A stretch of 64,000 nucleotides of DNA from Ministeria vibrans ATCC 50519 (lineage: Eukaryota; Protista; Filasterea): NCBI GenBank assembly GCA_943704425.1, contig CALSCP010000425.1, positions 1-64,000 on the forward strand, written 5' to 3'. Below the pieces are notes generated by a model. The model was not told the DNA's origin, did not search any database, and saw nothing but the letters and a program-made list of their open reading frames with translations. Shown here piece by piece: positions 1 to 12,800 of this stretch. A program made the translations under genes and the position numbers. The first letter of the stretch is position 1, and every line of letters begins with the position of its first letter.

Positions 1-51
1 TGCGAGAACAATATTGACGAGTGTGCTTCAAGTCCTTGTCGGGGCTCTTAC

Positions 52-3000
52 CTGATTGGCGTTGGCGCCGGTAGAAGAAGTGGAAAATGCCGAGCAGAGG
101 TGAGTGCGAGCGCTGGAGGAGAGCAGCGAAAAGGTCGAGTCGGTGCGAGCGGTGAGGTCGCTAAGACGGTAGAGCACTGTCACGAGTTGCTGGTAGGTTT
201 CGGGCGTGATTGCGAGCACTTGCATCAGCTCGTTGAAGGTGACAAAGAAGGAGTCCATCGAGGCAGTGGTGAGCGCATTGTCGGTGCCAACGACACGAGC
301 AGCACGTGAAAGCATCTCGTCCGCCTCGGCGAGCGCACGCTGAGGCAATCCATGTGTCTTCCACTTGCACGTCCACGTGTCAATTTCGGAAACACCGGCA
401 AAGACAGCGGTGGGCAGCGTAAGCGACTGAGTTAAGATTGCATACGCACCGTAGGCGTCGCTTGCCGACACATACACGGTAGCGGCAACAGAGACAAGAT
501 CATCAGGGTAGGGAATACCAATGGTCACCGACTCACCCGTCTGCAACAGGGGTGTCGGTACGCCGCCGCGCATGTACCCGTAGGTCAACGAGATCGGCGA
601 ATCTGCGTCAATCCACGAACTGGACGACATTGTCGCCCGGTTTAAACTTGACAGGGACGCCGAAAAGACGCCACTGGAGGGCGGCGAATTGATGTCGAAT
701 TTTATCTCGCTGCTTGCTGAGCTCTCAAGTGTTGTAGTCGTAAGCGACAGAGCGTACGTGCTGTCGTCGGCCAGAGTCGAGCCAGAGCGCAGACACATCT
801 CGGTGTCCTGTGATGACGCCGAGCACAAGTTTGCATGGCTCAGACTGAGTGCCGCAGCGTTTACTGCCGAGTACACTTGTGTCTTTACCACCTTGTTGGT
901 GCCGTAGACACGCGACGAGGCGGCCACGCCAAAAATGGTGGGCAAATTGAGGGCAAGCGGACCACGCGTCAGAATGCGCGTGTCGGGCACGGTGCCGCTT
1001 ACAATGGCTACGTTGGCCGTCTTGGTCATTGTCGAGCTGTCGGACGTGCGAGTGGCAACCACAGAGAACTGGAGGGTGCGAGCCGCATTCAATTTGGTAC
1101 CGTCCACAATAAGGGCGGCGTTCGTCGTGCCCGTCTTGGTCGTCACCGAGGTCCACGTGTGTCCACCGGTAAAGGTGCACGCTACCGGGTGCGTCGAGTT
1201 TGTAACGTCAAGACAACTCCATGCGTAGGTGCAGGCTGGGTTGTCGTGCAGGGCCTCGACGCAGGTCGCCTCCAAATGAACTTCCGCCTGAGTGTCGGCC
1301 GTGCTCGGCGCACACATGTTGAGGTCCAGGGTGCGCGCGGGCGACGTGAACGGGTAGTCGGTGGTGACGGCAGGCGAACCATCGCTGGGCGTGACCGTGA
1401 GTGTTGCCGTGTAGCTCGTCGAGGGAGCGAGCACTTCATTCTCAATCCAAAGTTGAGCAGTCTGAGCCGAATTGCCAAGCGTCACCGAGGGCGAAATGGA
1501 CCACTGATAGGTGCTCGCGGTGGCACACGTTGACGTGGCGCGTGCAAAAAGCTCGTACAGTTGACGCCGTCGAGTGCAAGCCGGCTGCTCGATAGTCTCC
1601 GCCGTGAAGTAGACAAGTCCCTGCGGCGAGACGTTGATGCGCGACGTGAGCTGCAACGACGAACCAAGCTGGTTCTTTTTGACCGTAATCGACTGGGTCG
1701 ATGTCTTGTCAAAAATATTGGTGGCCGTCACGGTAAAGGTGTACGTGTTGGCGGCAATCAGTGCGGAGTCCGGAATGGTGTAGGTCAGCGAGTTGGTCAC
1801 ATCGGGCACGCGGTTCTCCGAAAGGTAGCTGCGCACATCGCCCAAGGGTGCCGCCGTCGTTGAGTCCACGGACATGACAAAGCTGACGGCACTGAGCGCA
1901 CCGCCACTGGAGATGGAAATCAAAATGGGTAGTTCGTTGCAGCCAGTAATAATTGCCGGGGCACTCAGCGTGAACACAGGCGAGGGGTAGGCAAAATTGT
2001 AGATGAGGGTGACCGACCCAAGGGCAGGCAGTCCGTACGCGTGGCCAGCGGCTACAACCGAACCGGGTGTCGACATGGACACAACAGTGCCCGGAAGCAC
2101 TGCGAAGTTGCCGGTGGAGACAAATAGAACGGTAGACGAAGCCCATGAACATCTCAGCGCGGTGTTGTTCAAGCCTCCAAACTGAGCAAGGGTTGTTTGC
2201 GACAGGGACCGACAGAGTGCCGCATCCTGAACGGTCGCAGACGACGCTCGGTCAAAGTGCAAGTTGAAGCCTGTGAATTCGCGCGTGATGACACCCGAGA
2301 GAAGTTGAGGCGCACTGACAAAGAAGGTGAACTTGGTGAGCACACCACTTGCCACAAAGTAGCCAATGTCGGAGCCAGCGGAGCGGAGGGTGAGCCCCAG
2401 TTGAATGCTGGTCGTCTGCGCTGGAATGAGACAGTAGACACTCGTGGAGGATCGGCGGCGGTTGGAGGGGGCCGTACCAACGAGCGCAAGCGTTGACTGG
2501 TGACGAACACCAGCAGGCGTGTACCAGCCGCACGTCAAAAAGGACGAGGCGGGCAGTGCCGGCTCAAAAACCATGCGCGCAAATCGGTTTGCTCCCGTGA
2601 GACCCGTCGTGGCGCCCACCTCGAGGTCGTGCGTGGCAAGGAGCGACGTGAGTGTGCTCGGCGTTACGGGACTCGCCGTCGACAGACACCCATCAGGCTT
2701 GTAGCCGAGTCCTTGCTTAAAGAGGCCCGTGGGGCAGGTACACACGTAGCTGCCAAGGGTGTTCAGGCACAGACTATTGGAGTAGCATCGGTTGATGTCA
2801 CTGGCACATTCGTCAATATCCGTGCATCCATTGCCTTCGCGAGTGGTCGCGTCACCCACCACGGTGTAGCCGGCGTTGCACAGACAGGCGTAGCCATTGG
2901 GGCGGTTTACACACTGCTGCGCGCACTCGTGAACGAGCGTAGCGCATTCGTCGATGGGCGTACAGGTGCCCGAAAAAGTTGTAAACGTGCCGTCTTCCTG

Positions 3001-6000
3001 ACACGTCGCCGTCGTTGTAGCACCGCTGCTCAGCTCGAACCCGTCCAGACACGACATGGTACATTGAGAATTGTAAGAGGGAGCAACTGAACCTTCTTTA
3101 CAGGCAATCTGGGCATTGTCAGGAACGGTTGGCAACGAGGGACACGTAACCTTTTCGCAGATGGTACCCGTCCAGGTGTTCACGACGGGACCACAAGTGG
3201 CAACCTGCTGACCACTGGTGGTCGTCTCGTGCTTGTAGCCCGTGTTGCAAGTGACGGCGCACGTGGCGCCCAAGTCAAACAGAGTGCTACCCTGGCACGC
3301 ACTCACGCCATTTGAAATGGTAGGCGCACTGGCGCAGCCACCGACAATGCAAGAGACATTGGTGGCGGGCCAGGTGCCGTCGGCACGGCATGTCGTGGTG
3401 CGCTGATAGGCGACACCCGACTCAACGTCATGCTCGTCCTTGTAGCCATTAGCCGTGTCGCACACCACAGTACACGTCTGACCGTAGGTTGTGCCACCGG
3501 GACACGAGGTGACGGCAAACTGAGTGGTGGCCGGAGTGCCGCACTCGACGGGTGGACATGCCGCCGTCGTGGACTGGAAGGTCTTGTCGGCCTGACACGA
3601 TACAGTCGCACCCGTGCCCTGCACCAACGTGTAGCCAAAGTCACACGAGAGCGTGCAGGTATCCAGGAAGCTCGAGCCGGTGCAGGTCATTTGTTCGTGG
3701 GTTTTGGCCGTTGGCTGAGGACAAGTGACGGCGAGGCAGGGCGCGTCCAGGTCGATGTTGCTCCATTCACCGTTTGCCTGACACGTACTGACCGGCTCGG
3801 ACACTTCAAAGCCTGTCTGACAGGTGTAGGTGCACGTCTGGCCCGTGGTCGCCTCGAGAGGCGTGCCCGCTGCGGTGCAAACGCGATTCACGGCATTGGC
3901 ATGCACCGGTTCCGCACCGGTACACTTGGTCGGCTCGCAGAAAGGCCCCGTGAAGGACCAGGTGGCGCTGCTCTGGCACTTGGCCTTGGTCGACTGGATG
4001 AGGGAAAACCCTTCGTCGCACGAGGGTGTACATTCGTCGTTGAACTTGTTGTCGCCCTGTGTGCAAGTAAACGTTCCGTTGAGGATGGTGACGGGACCAC
4101 ACGAGACCGGCGTACAAACGGCCGAATCGAGCGACCACCGTTGCGTTGTGAGACATGTCACCTGGCCAAGACCGTCTTTGATAGTGTAGCCTTCGGCACA
4201 CAGGTAGTCGCACACCTGGCCAGTAGTGTGAATGAGCGCGCCACCCTTGCAGCTGTAGTCGCCATTCTCGATTGCCGTCAAATTCGAGTAGATGTTCGAC
4301 ACGGGGTTGCCGCACGAGAGGGGCTTGCAAGTGAAATCGTAATCAGTCCACTTGATTGTGTTGAGCGAGCTCGAGTCAACGACGCATCGTGTAAACTCGT
4401 TGGTGCCCGTGTCCTTCTCGTAGCCCGCGGCACATTGTACCTCACACTGGGCGCCGTACACTTGCGACTCGCACGAGAGTTTCTGGCCCGTGCCAACGGT
4501 CGGCGCGCCGCACGGCAGTCGCTCGCAGGTGTTGTTGTGAGTTGACCACTCGCCGTTTGCCTGACACAAAATAGTCTGGGGCACATCGAGTCCGTGGTCA
4601 AAGCCCGACTCGCACGAAAAGGTACACGTGTCACCAAAGTTTACACCAGTACAACTCGATGTGCCATTGGTGGGCACAATGTCTGGAGCACCGCAGGTCA
4701 CCAGTGTACAGGTGGGACTCTTGTTGAAGGTGCGAGACGGCAACACACATGTTGAATTTTGCGACTCGCCCGGCAACAGGCCCACCTGGAAGTCGGGTTT
4801 GTAGCCGTGGTTGCAGCGAACGGTGCAGTTGACACCCAGCGCGTAAAAGGGCGAGGTACACTCGACGGAGCCCCCCGACGGCTGCGGCGACGGACACTTC
4901 CACGGGTTGCACGTGGGCTGAGCGGCGCTCCAGGTTCCGTCACGCAGGCAAGTCACGTCCGTCGCACCGGTCACGTCCGAGTTGGGCGGACACGAGTTGG
5001 TGCAGTTGGTTCCTTCGCGTCCCGCATCATCACACACCGTTGTGCCTGGCAGGATAAAATCAGTGCCCATGTCGGTCGACGCACCCACGGGAGCATCGGG
5101 AAGTACACAGACACGATCGCATCGCATTGCGGCCGGAAGCCACACACCGTTGGTGCACGTGCGCTGGGGCACGTTGTCAACCTTGTGGGGAATGTAGGTG
5201 GGTGTGTCACAGGCGTAGTCGGCTTTGCACGAGTCGTAAATACAGTCGTAGGTTCGCGTGCCGCTTGCGTCAACGTAGTTCTCGGGCACGCCACATTGCA
5301 GTGAGCAGGTCACCGAGCCGATCCAGGTGCCAGAGTCCTTGTCGCACGTGAGCACGCCGCCGGCAAGGCGCGAGTAGCCGGTTGCACACGCATAGGTTGC
5401 TTGGCAATCTTCGTAGGTACAGGAGAAGCTGGGAGTCGCCGTGTTGATGTTGTTTGCCGTTGTGTTGGGGGCTGGTGGATTTCCACACTCGCGTGCACAC
5501 ACGGGCGGCTGTCCGAGCCAGGTTCCTGACGACTGACAGGTCATTCCGGTGTCTTTGCCACCAATAAGGGTGTACAGCGGCGTTTTCAGGCATTGCAGGC
5601 TGTCCACACAACCGTCATACTGTTGACCGTTGCACGTCTGGTTGCTACTCTCCGCGCCGTACGGCGCGACCAGTGTTGTACACTCGCGTTTGCACAAAGG
5701 AGTAGCGCCCTCCCATGACCAGGTACCGGCGGGCTCGGGTGAACAAGTGCGCTCCAGCGACACAAGCGTGTTCGGCGCGTTGGCCTGGACCAGGTGGTAG
5801 TTAGCATTGCACGTGTCGGTCAGCGTGCAATTGGCGTAAAGGCAGGCGCCCGAGGCGAGCGTCGCCGTACCGTCCACAAGCGCGGTAGGCGAGCCACAGT
5901 AGCGACGACACTCGGGAGTGCTCGTGTCGTACGCACCCGAGGTACACGTGATGACAAGACTCGTACCGAGCGCCTGTGCAACACCGTCAACAAACATTTG

Positions 6001-8448
6001 TCGCCCGGTGTCGCACTTGTACGTTGCCTTGCAACCTTCGTAGTACGTTTTGGTGGGATCACACGTCTCGAAGACGCGCGTGCCAAACGCGGGAGCGTCA
6101 GCCACGGCGGGACAGGAGCGTTTGCACGTGGGTGTGTTCACGCCCCACACCCAGGCGCCTGTTGTGGAGCTGCAGGTACGTGCAAGATCGTCATAGAGAA
6201 TGCTGTTGGACACAAGTTGGTAGCCGACGTTGCAGGTGTCTGTGACTTTGCAAGCGGCCGCTGGCTGCGCATGCAAACAGTTGGTATCCGACGCAACCGC
6301 ACCATTGGAAATGGCGGACGGTACGCCGCAATATACCTCACAGGTGGGCACATCAGTAATGACACCCGACAAACAGGTGGCGGTGACACGACCATTGATG
6401 GCGGTAGAGTTTGCAAGCGCACCCGCACCCACCACGAGCTGGAAGCCGCTGTCACAACCGTAGTCGGCAGTGCACGATTCGTACTGGGGGGCGGCACACG
6501 AGAAGCTGTCGGAGGGCTGGAAGCCAGCGGTGACGGCTGGGAAGTTTGGGCAAATAAGACGACAGTGTGCCTTGCGCGTCGACCAGGCGCCGTTGTCGGC
6601 AAGACACGTCGAGTTGGTGTCGCCCACATTGAAGTAGGCTGACTCGCAGCCAATGGTCCGCGTGCAGCCACCAAACTCACAACCAGGCGCGACCACACCG
6701 ACGCCCGTGGCAAAAGGATTGACGGTCGGTTCGAGGATGTTGCCGATGCAGTGACGATGGCAGACGGGCGGTGAACCCCATGAGCCGGCATCGCACTCGA
6801 GATCGAGCGAGCCTGTGGCCGACCAGCTGAGCGGTGTGCACGCGTAGGTCGCCGTGCAACCCTGGTAGGTACACGAAAAGACGGTCGAGCTGGCGCACGG
6901 GGTGATCGACGATGGACTGCACACAGCACTCGGTGGCTGTCCGCATTCGCGACGACAGTCGGGCACACTCTCGCCGAGCCAGACACCATCGCGCACGAGG
7001 TTTGCCGAGCCGGTGTGCGTGCACTGGACCACCTTGACCGAACCGGTCACCATGGTGTAGCCGCTGGCACACGAGTAGGTGTAGTTGCAGCCCTCGGTGG
7101 GATTGGACGCGGTCAGTGGATGATCGGCGGGACACGAGAGTGTCTTGACAATTCCCTCGAGTGTCGCAGGCGGCGAATCCATACACATTCGGCGACACTC
7201 GGGTGTGGCCACGGAGAAGGCGGGGGCCGCAGCGGAGTTGACGTCGTTGACACACGCGCCAGTTGCTTTACCTTGCGAGTTCACCGTCGGACCCACCATT
7301 GCGTAGGCTGTGTTACACACCATGGTAATAGCCGAGCACGTATCGGCGTAGTTGCAGTCCGGTCCAATGCGTGCGCCAAATGTAGGTGCGGCCGGTGTCG
7401 ACGTGCACACGGCGTTGCAACCACCACAGCCGGGTGTTTCAATGCATCCGGTAGAGCAGGCGCTGCGCCAAGTGCATTCACGCTCAAGTCCAAAGCAATC
7501 GCCTGAGCAAGTCTCGTCGCAGCCCGTGAGGCAGGGCGCATCGTCACATGCGGTAGTGCAGTTACCCGTGCAACCCTCGTCGCAGTCGTAGTTCGAGTCA
7601 CAACCACAGGCGGTGTCAAAACCGCAGTCTTCGTCGGGCTCGCAGCTTTCGTCGGGTTCGCAGCTGTCGTCCATCTCGCAGGAGCAGTCGGCGCCGCAGT
7701 CATCGTCAAACGACGAAATATCAAACTCGCAGCTGTCGTCATACTGACATCCATAGCACTCATCACATTCGCAACTTGTGTCAAATTTGCACTCAGTTCC
7801 CGCAATGGGACCGTCACAGTCAAAACTCTCGTCACACGCACAGCTTGCAGTGCAATTGGTATCACAGTCAAATCCTAAACAAAAAATTAAAATAGTATTA
7901 ATAATAAAATTAATAAAATAATAATAATAAATATTTTTATTATGTTTTTTGTTGTTGTTTTGGCAAGATAGATTTTACAAATAATAACATCGCGTCTGTG
8001 TTTTACCTGTATCACAATCGTAGCCTGCGTTTGCATCAAAGCCGGAATCGCAGCCAATACAAGCGTCGCAATCGTAGCCTTCGTCACAGCCGGGGGATGC
8101 GTCACAGCCGGCAGAGGCGTCGCAGCCCGGCGATTCGTCGCAGCCGCAGTTGCCGTCGAATTGACAGGAGTCGACGCAATCGTCAACACAACTTTCGTCA
8201 CACCCCGTTGTACAGCCGTCGTCACAGGCGGTCGTACAAAGCGAGCCGCACTGACAAGGACCTTGCGATGTGAAGACTTCCTGAACAGCGCATTCGCCAG
8301 GAAGCATGCCAACACAAGTGTCGTTGTAGCACGCCTGAGCCAGACGTGACGTGGTTGCCACACATTGAAGAGCTCCAGCGGGGCTCACAGTAAGCAGCAG
8401 TGCTCCTGCTACTAGCGCCACAAGAACTACTGTAAGAGCCTTTCCCAT
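52..8448 (-). CDS. Giant secreted/cell-surface protein: signal peptide, Cys/Asp-rich repeat, ~23-25 CCP/sushi repeats, 2 Ca-binding EGF domains, Ig-like region, REJ (polycystin-1-like) domain. 3' end runs off the left edge.
   Basis: Exon 1 8448-8007 (MGKALTVVLVALVAGALLLTVSPAGA), GT-AG intron 8006-7875, exon 2 7874-52, next donor GTAAG at 51. Repeats of C-x-Y/F-x-C..G.W...C; DIDECA...C.NT.GSY.C.C; REJ-like YQWSIS, YAWSC, INSPPSSG..WIDADSPISLTYGY. Confidence 0.8.
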
Positions 8449-9726
8449 GATTTCTTGATCACTCTCAGCTGCAGAAAGAAGAAGAACAGAAAACAAGATC
8501 AGACAACGAAAAAAAATTAAAAAAACGCACGGCTCAAAAACTGAGCTTGAAGCTGAAGAATTCACGCAACAAGTGCGCGACTGTGGGTATGAACACAAGC
8601 AATAATTGATGACTGTCGACAAGAGGTATACAGAACATAGAGAGAACATAGAGAGAGAAAGATTGAGACACGAAATACTTGCTCTGCAAAAAAAATAATA
8701 ATATTGCGATACATTGCGGTAAAGATTGTAGCAAGTAGTGATAGCGAGTGTCTTTCTGCTACAAGGATTGACGAGTAACGATCTTGCCCTGGGCACCGGC
8801 GAGGGAGCGACCGATGGCCCAGCGACGGCGCACTCCCATGAAAATGCCAAAAAAAGACTTTTGAGCACACACACAGAGACGTTCTGGACAGACGTGTGGA
8901 AATCGCCCGTTCGGTGCAAAAGCGGGGAGCCTCCTCTCGTGGGTTACCAAGTACACAAGGTTATATGAACTTGAGCGTCGGCGTTTTTTTTTTTTCACAA
9001 AACAGACAGTGATATTTTTTTTTGGAAAAAGACGCTCTGTGCTAGTGACGCCACGAACCACTTATTCAGGGGCAAAACTAATGTTAACGGGCATGGTACA
9101 AGTGGTTGAAGGGGAAGACGCAAAGAAGGAGCACGAGCGAAGGCTACGACAAGCGATGGAAAAGCCTTTTGCGGTTACAGAGCATCAAACAACGACTTCA
9201 AAAGAGGATGTTTCATGCCACCGCAAAGACCACGCTTGGCAGCACGGTGCACACAAGGCCGAACTCATAGACGCATCACGTTTGGCAGCAGCAGAAAACG
9301 AGGGTGGTGGTGCAAGAAAGTTTTTTTTTCTTCTTTCATCGCCACTCTTTGCGGCGCCTCCTTGAAATTGTGGAGGCATGAACGGGATTCCTGCATACCT
9401 CTGGTACAATGGTCGCACGGATTTGATGAGGGGCAAGGAAAAGATGGAAAAGAATATTGTTTTGACTTTTGATTTCCGTTTGAACTTTGAATAATAAAAT
9501 CAGCGACAGGAGTTTTTATTTGTGACTTGCGTTTCGTATTTTTTAAAAGACGCGTCTTTTCTTCTTCCTACAAATTAGATTATTATAATTGGGTTATTCT
9601 TCTTATAAACCGTCTACTTCACTAATTATTAAGAAAGCTAATAATTACTACTATAGGTATCCTTGAATTTTGTCGTTAAATGAAAGTAGTATAGTACATT
9701 GATAATATTTTTATCATCTTCCCCTC

Positions 9727-9731
<5 letters not shown>

Positions 9732-9792
<61 letters not shown>
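9732..9792. repeat. (CT)n microsatellite in a probable intron
   Basis: Direct observation. Confidence 0.95.
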
Positions 9793-9795
<3 letters not shown>

Positions 9796-9887
9796 CTTTT
9801 TCATTTACTCACTCTCACACTCTCTCTCTGTTTCTCTCTCTCCGCCTTTCCGCGCTCTCCTGCCTCCCCTCCCTTCCCCCCGCTCAG

Positions 9888-12800
9888 ATCCAATCACACC
9901 TTGTCCCCGTCGACAGCCTCCCGCGTGCGCTGTGGCCGCACAACGCGACGCGCGCCGACTTTGTGCGTGAGACTTGCTCGCACTTGGAAGGTGTCGAGCA
10001 ACTGCCCATCTGCCACGATCCAAACCAGTTCCTGCGCACCTACTCCGCCGTCATGAGGCGCGCCGGCACGCCCGACGTCTCCCCGTTTGTCGTGCAGCTG
10101 CTTGTGTCCAATCTCATGCGAAAGGCCCATCTACGTCTCGACTTGCCAGTGCGGCGCAAGCTCGCCATGCTCGTGCACTTGACGACGCTGCAGAGCCCCC
10201 TGCCCCACACGTCCGGCTTGTACACGAGTATACTCAGCATTTTTGCCGAAGACCCCAAGTTCATGGATGTGGACGCGTACCTAGAGCTGGTGAGTCTCTT
10301 TGCCGTGCCTCATCGCGGTCCGGCGCTTCTCACCCTGTTCCAGTGCGTCGAGCGTAGTCCGCGCGCCACCGTCGACACCGCCCACAGCGTTCTCAATGTC
10401 TTCCCGGACGCCTTTGACCCGGTCGTTGCCTCGGCATTCGTCAAAACGGTGGGCGCCAAGACACGTCAGACAATGCACGGCACCTTCACAACCCAACTCA
10501 AACTCGACATCCTCCACTCCATGGTCGACGCCATCCGCTACCTCGAAACCCATCCGACCTTTCAACACACCCAAACAGCACTTGACTGGCTCCACATTCT
10601 CAATACGGGCCACCGCATTCGCGCCAACGCCGACGCTGTCCACCTCCTCAACCAGCACGGTCTCACACAGGGCCTTGAACTCAACCCCCGCCTTGCCAGC
10701 GTTGCCCTTCTTGCCTGCTCCATCCAACTCACAAACAACAAATTCACCCATGACTCTCTCTCCCGCTCTGACTTTGTCCGCCTCCGCCAGTTCTTCGCAG
10801 ACTATCTTTCCAGCGTAAACGAACCACTGCCGTCGGAAGACCCGCTCAGCGAGAGCTACCGTCCCAATCAACCCCAACATCAACCCCAACAACATCAACA
10901 TCGTCGGTACCCGGCTCCTTATCCCTTAAACAACAACAGCACCAACAACAACACCACCACCACCACCCACAGCACTCTGTCGCTTGCTCCAACAACAATC
11001 TCTCCGCCACAGCGAGATCCCATCTTGGTCCTCCGTGACTGTCTGCGCAATCTTCCCGCATCCGGAAAGGAACTCTTCTCCGTCTCCACCGTTTCTCGTG
11101 CACTCACCCCTTTCCTCACTGAATGCATCTACAACCACGACCCCGAAAGTTTTTTTGACGCACATGCTATCCATCGCTATCTCATCATGGCCTCACGCAA
11201 ACGCCACTCTCCCTATCCTGCCGCTGTCATTCTCTCCGCTGTCATGACCGCCCAACCGCAATTCATCCCTCTTGTCGAATCCACATCCGATCTCTTTGGT
11301 GCCCAACACGCCTACTACACCCCACGTGAGTGGCTGAGTGCCCTCCATGACTGCGACTTTAAAATCCTCTGGGAAGGACGCGCCGCCCGTCGTCTCTGGT
11401 TCATGCACGCTATCAACCTTCAACTTCGTCGCTACGACGTCTCCTCGCTCACCCGCTCTGTGCCTCTCTTCACCTTCATGGATCGCCACTGTCTCATCCC
11501 AACCTCCTCCGACGAATACCGTTCAGCTGCCACCGAATGTGAACAATCCAATGGCTCTGATCCCTTTCAGGCAATTGCACTCCATCCGGACACCCTCGAG
11601 TCGTTTGCCGAGCTCACGCTGCGCACGGGCGACCTCACTCGTGCTCAGTCCTTTGTCTCCCTCATCCACAACTTTTATCTGCCCACCATCACTCCTGCCC
11701 TCGCCCGTCTCACTCACCTTCTCCATCTCACCTCAGACCCCACCACTTTAGTCGAGGCGCTCGTCAACAGTGCGCCCCACCACCCCGACAACATCATTGC
11801 TCTCCCGTCCGTCTTCCCGTACCTTCTTCGTCGCGCCCACTTTGCCAAGAAGTCCGAAAGCGCCCTTGACGACACCCTCGTGGGCTTTGCCTACGCCCGT
11901 CACTACGGCCTCCCCGGCTACGACCTCTACCGGCGTGTCATCCGTCTCCTCCCGGGCTTCCGCGTGCGTCTCTCCTCACAGGCCCTCGCCGAGTTTATCT
12001 ACGCCACTCCGCACGCCACGCCGCTTCTTGAGCAACAGACCCACTTTCCCTTTGACATGTTCGACGACGTCAAACAGCTTTCGGACAAGGGCTTGCCGGC
12101 TCTCGTGGCACTTCTTGTGCGCGGCCAAGTGACCCTCTTCCAGCAGATGGCGTCGCGTCTCACCCAACTGCGTCGTTTCCCTCTCGCCCTCGAGCTTATC
12201 GACGCGGCAAGCCCCTCTGGGCCATCGCCTTTGGTTGTCGCGACCATTCACGATGTTCTCTTGCCCTCCTACGCTCAGACAGGCGACACACAGACCGTCT
12301 CCACCATTGTCCAAGCGAGCCTCACCGTCCTCGACGAACCCCCTCTCTCCATCTACGCCTCCGGCATTGACGCTCTCCTGCGCCACGACCATCTCACTGC
12401 CGCTCTTGAACTCTTCCGCTCGGCCGAGCAACACGCAACAGAGCACCCATCCCTCTTTGAGGCCATGCCCAAATTTGACGTGTCCCTGCGTGATCGTTTT
12501 GTGCGTGCCTGTCTGGAACACACCCAACCTGAGACCACCCTTATCTCGACTACTAGTAGCAATAGTGGTGTTGGTACTAGTCCAATTCCTTCCTCTTCCT
12601 CGTCGCCTGACGATGCCCTTCACGTCATTGACTCCCCTCTGAGTCCGCTTCTCCCGTCCTCTTCCGACTGTGATCCAGACGATATCTCCCTTGGCGCTCT
12701 CTACTCCGATGTACTTTACTTGGGGCTGCGCAATCTCCGGCACCGCACCCTCCCCTCCACATCACACGCCGAGTCTACCCTCGCCCGCTTTAAGGCCTAC

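Noticed and set aside
9009-9472. Short ORFs on both strands upstream of the sushi-REJ gene
   Set aside because: No recognisable motif or consistent exon structure; probably promoter or 5' UTR.
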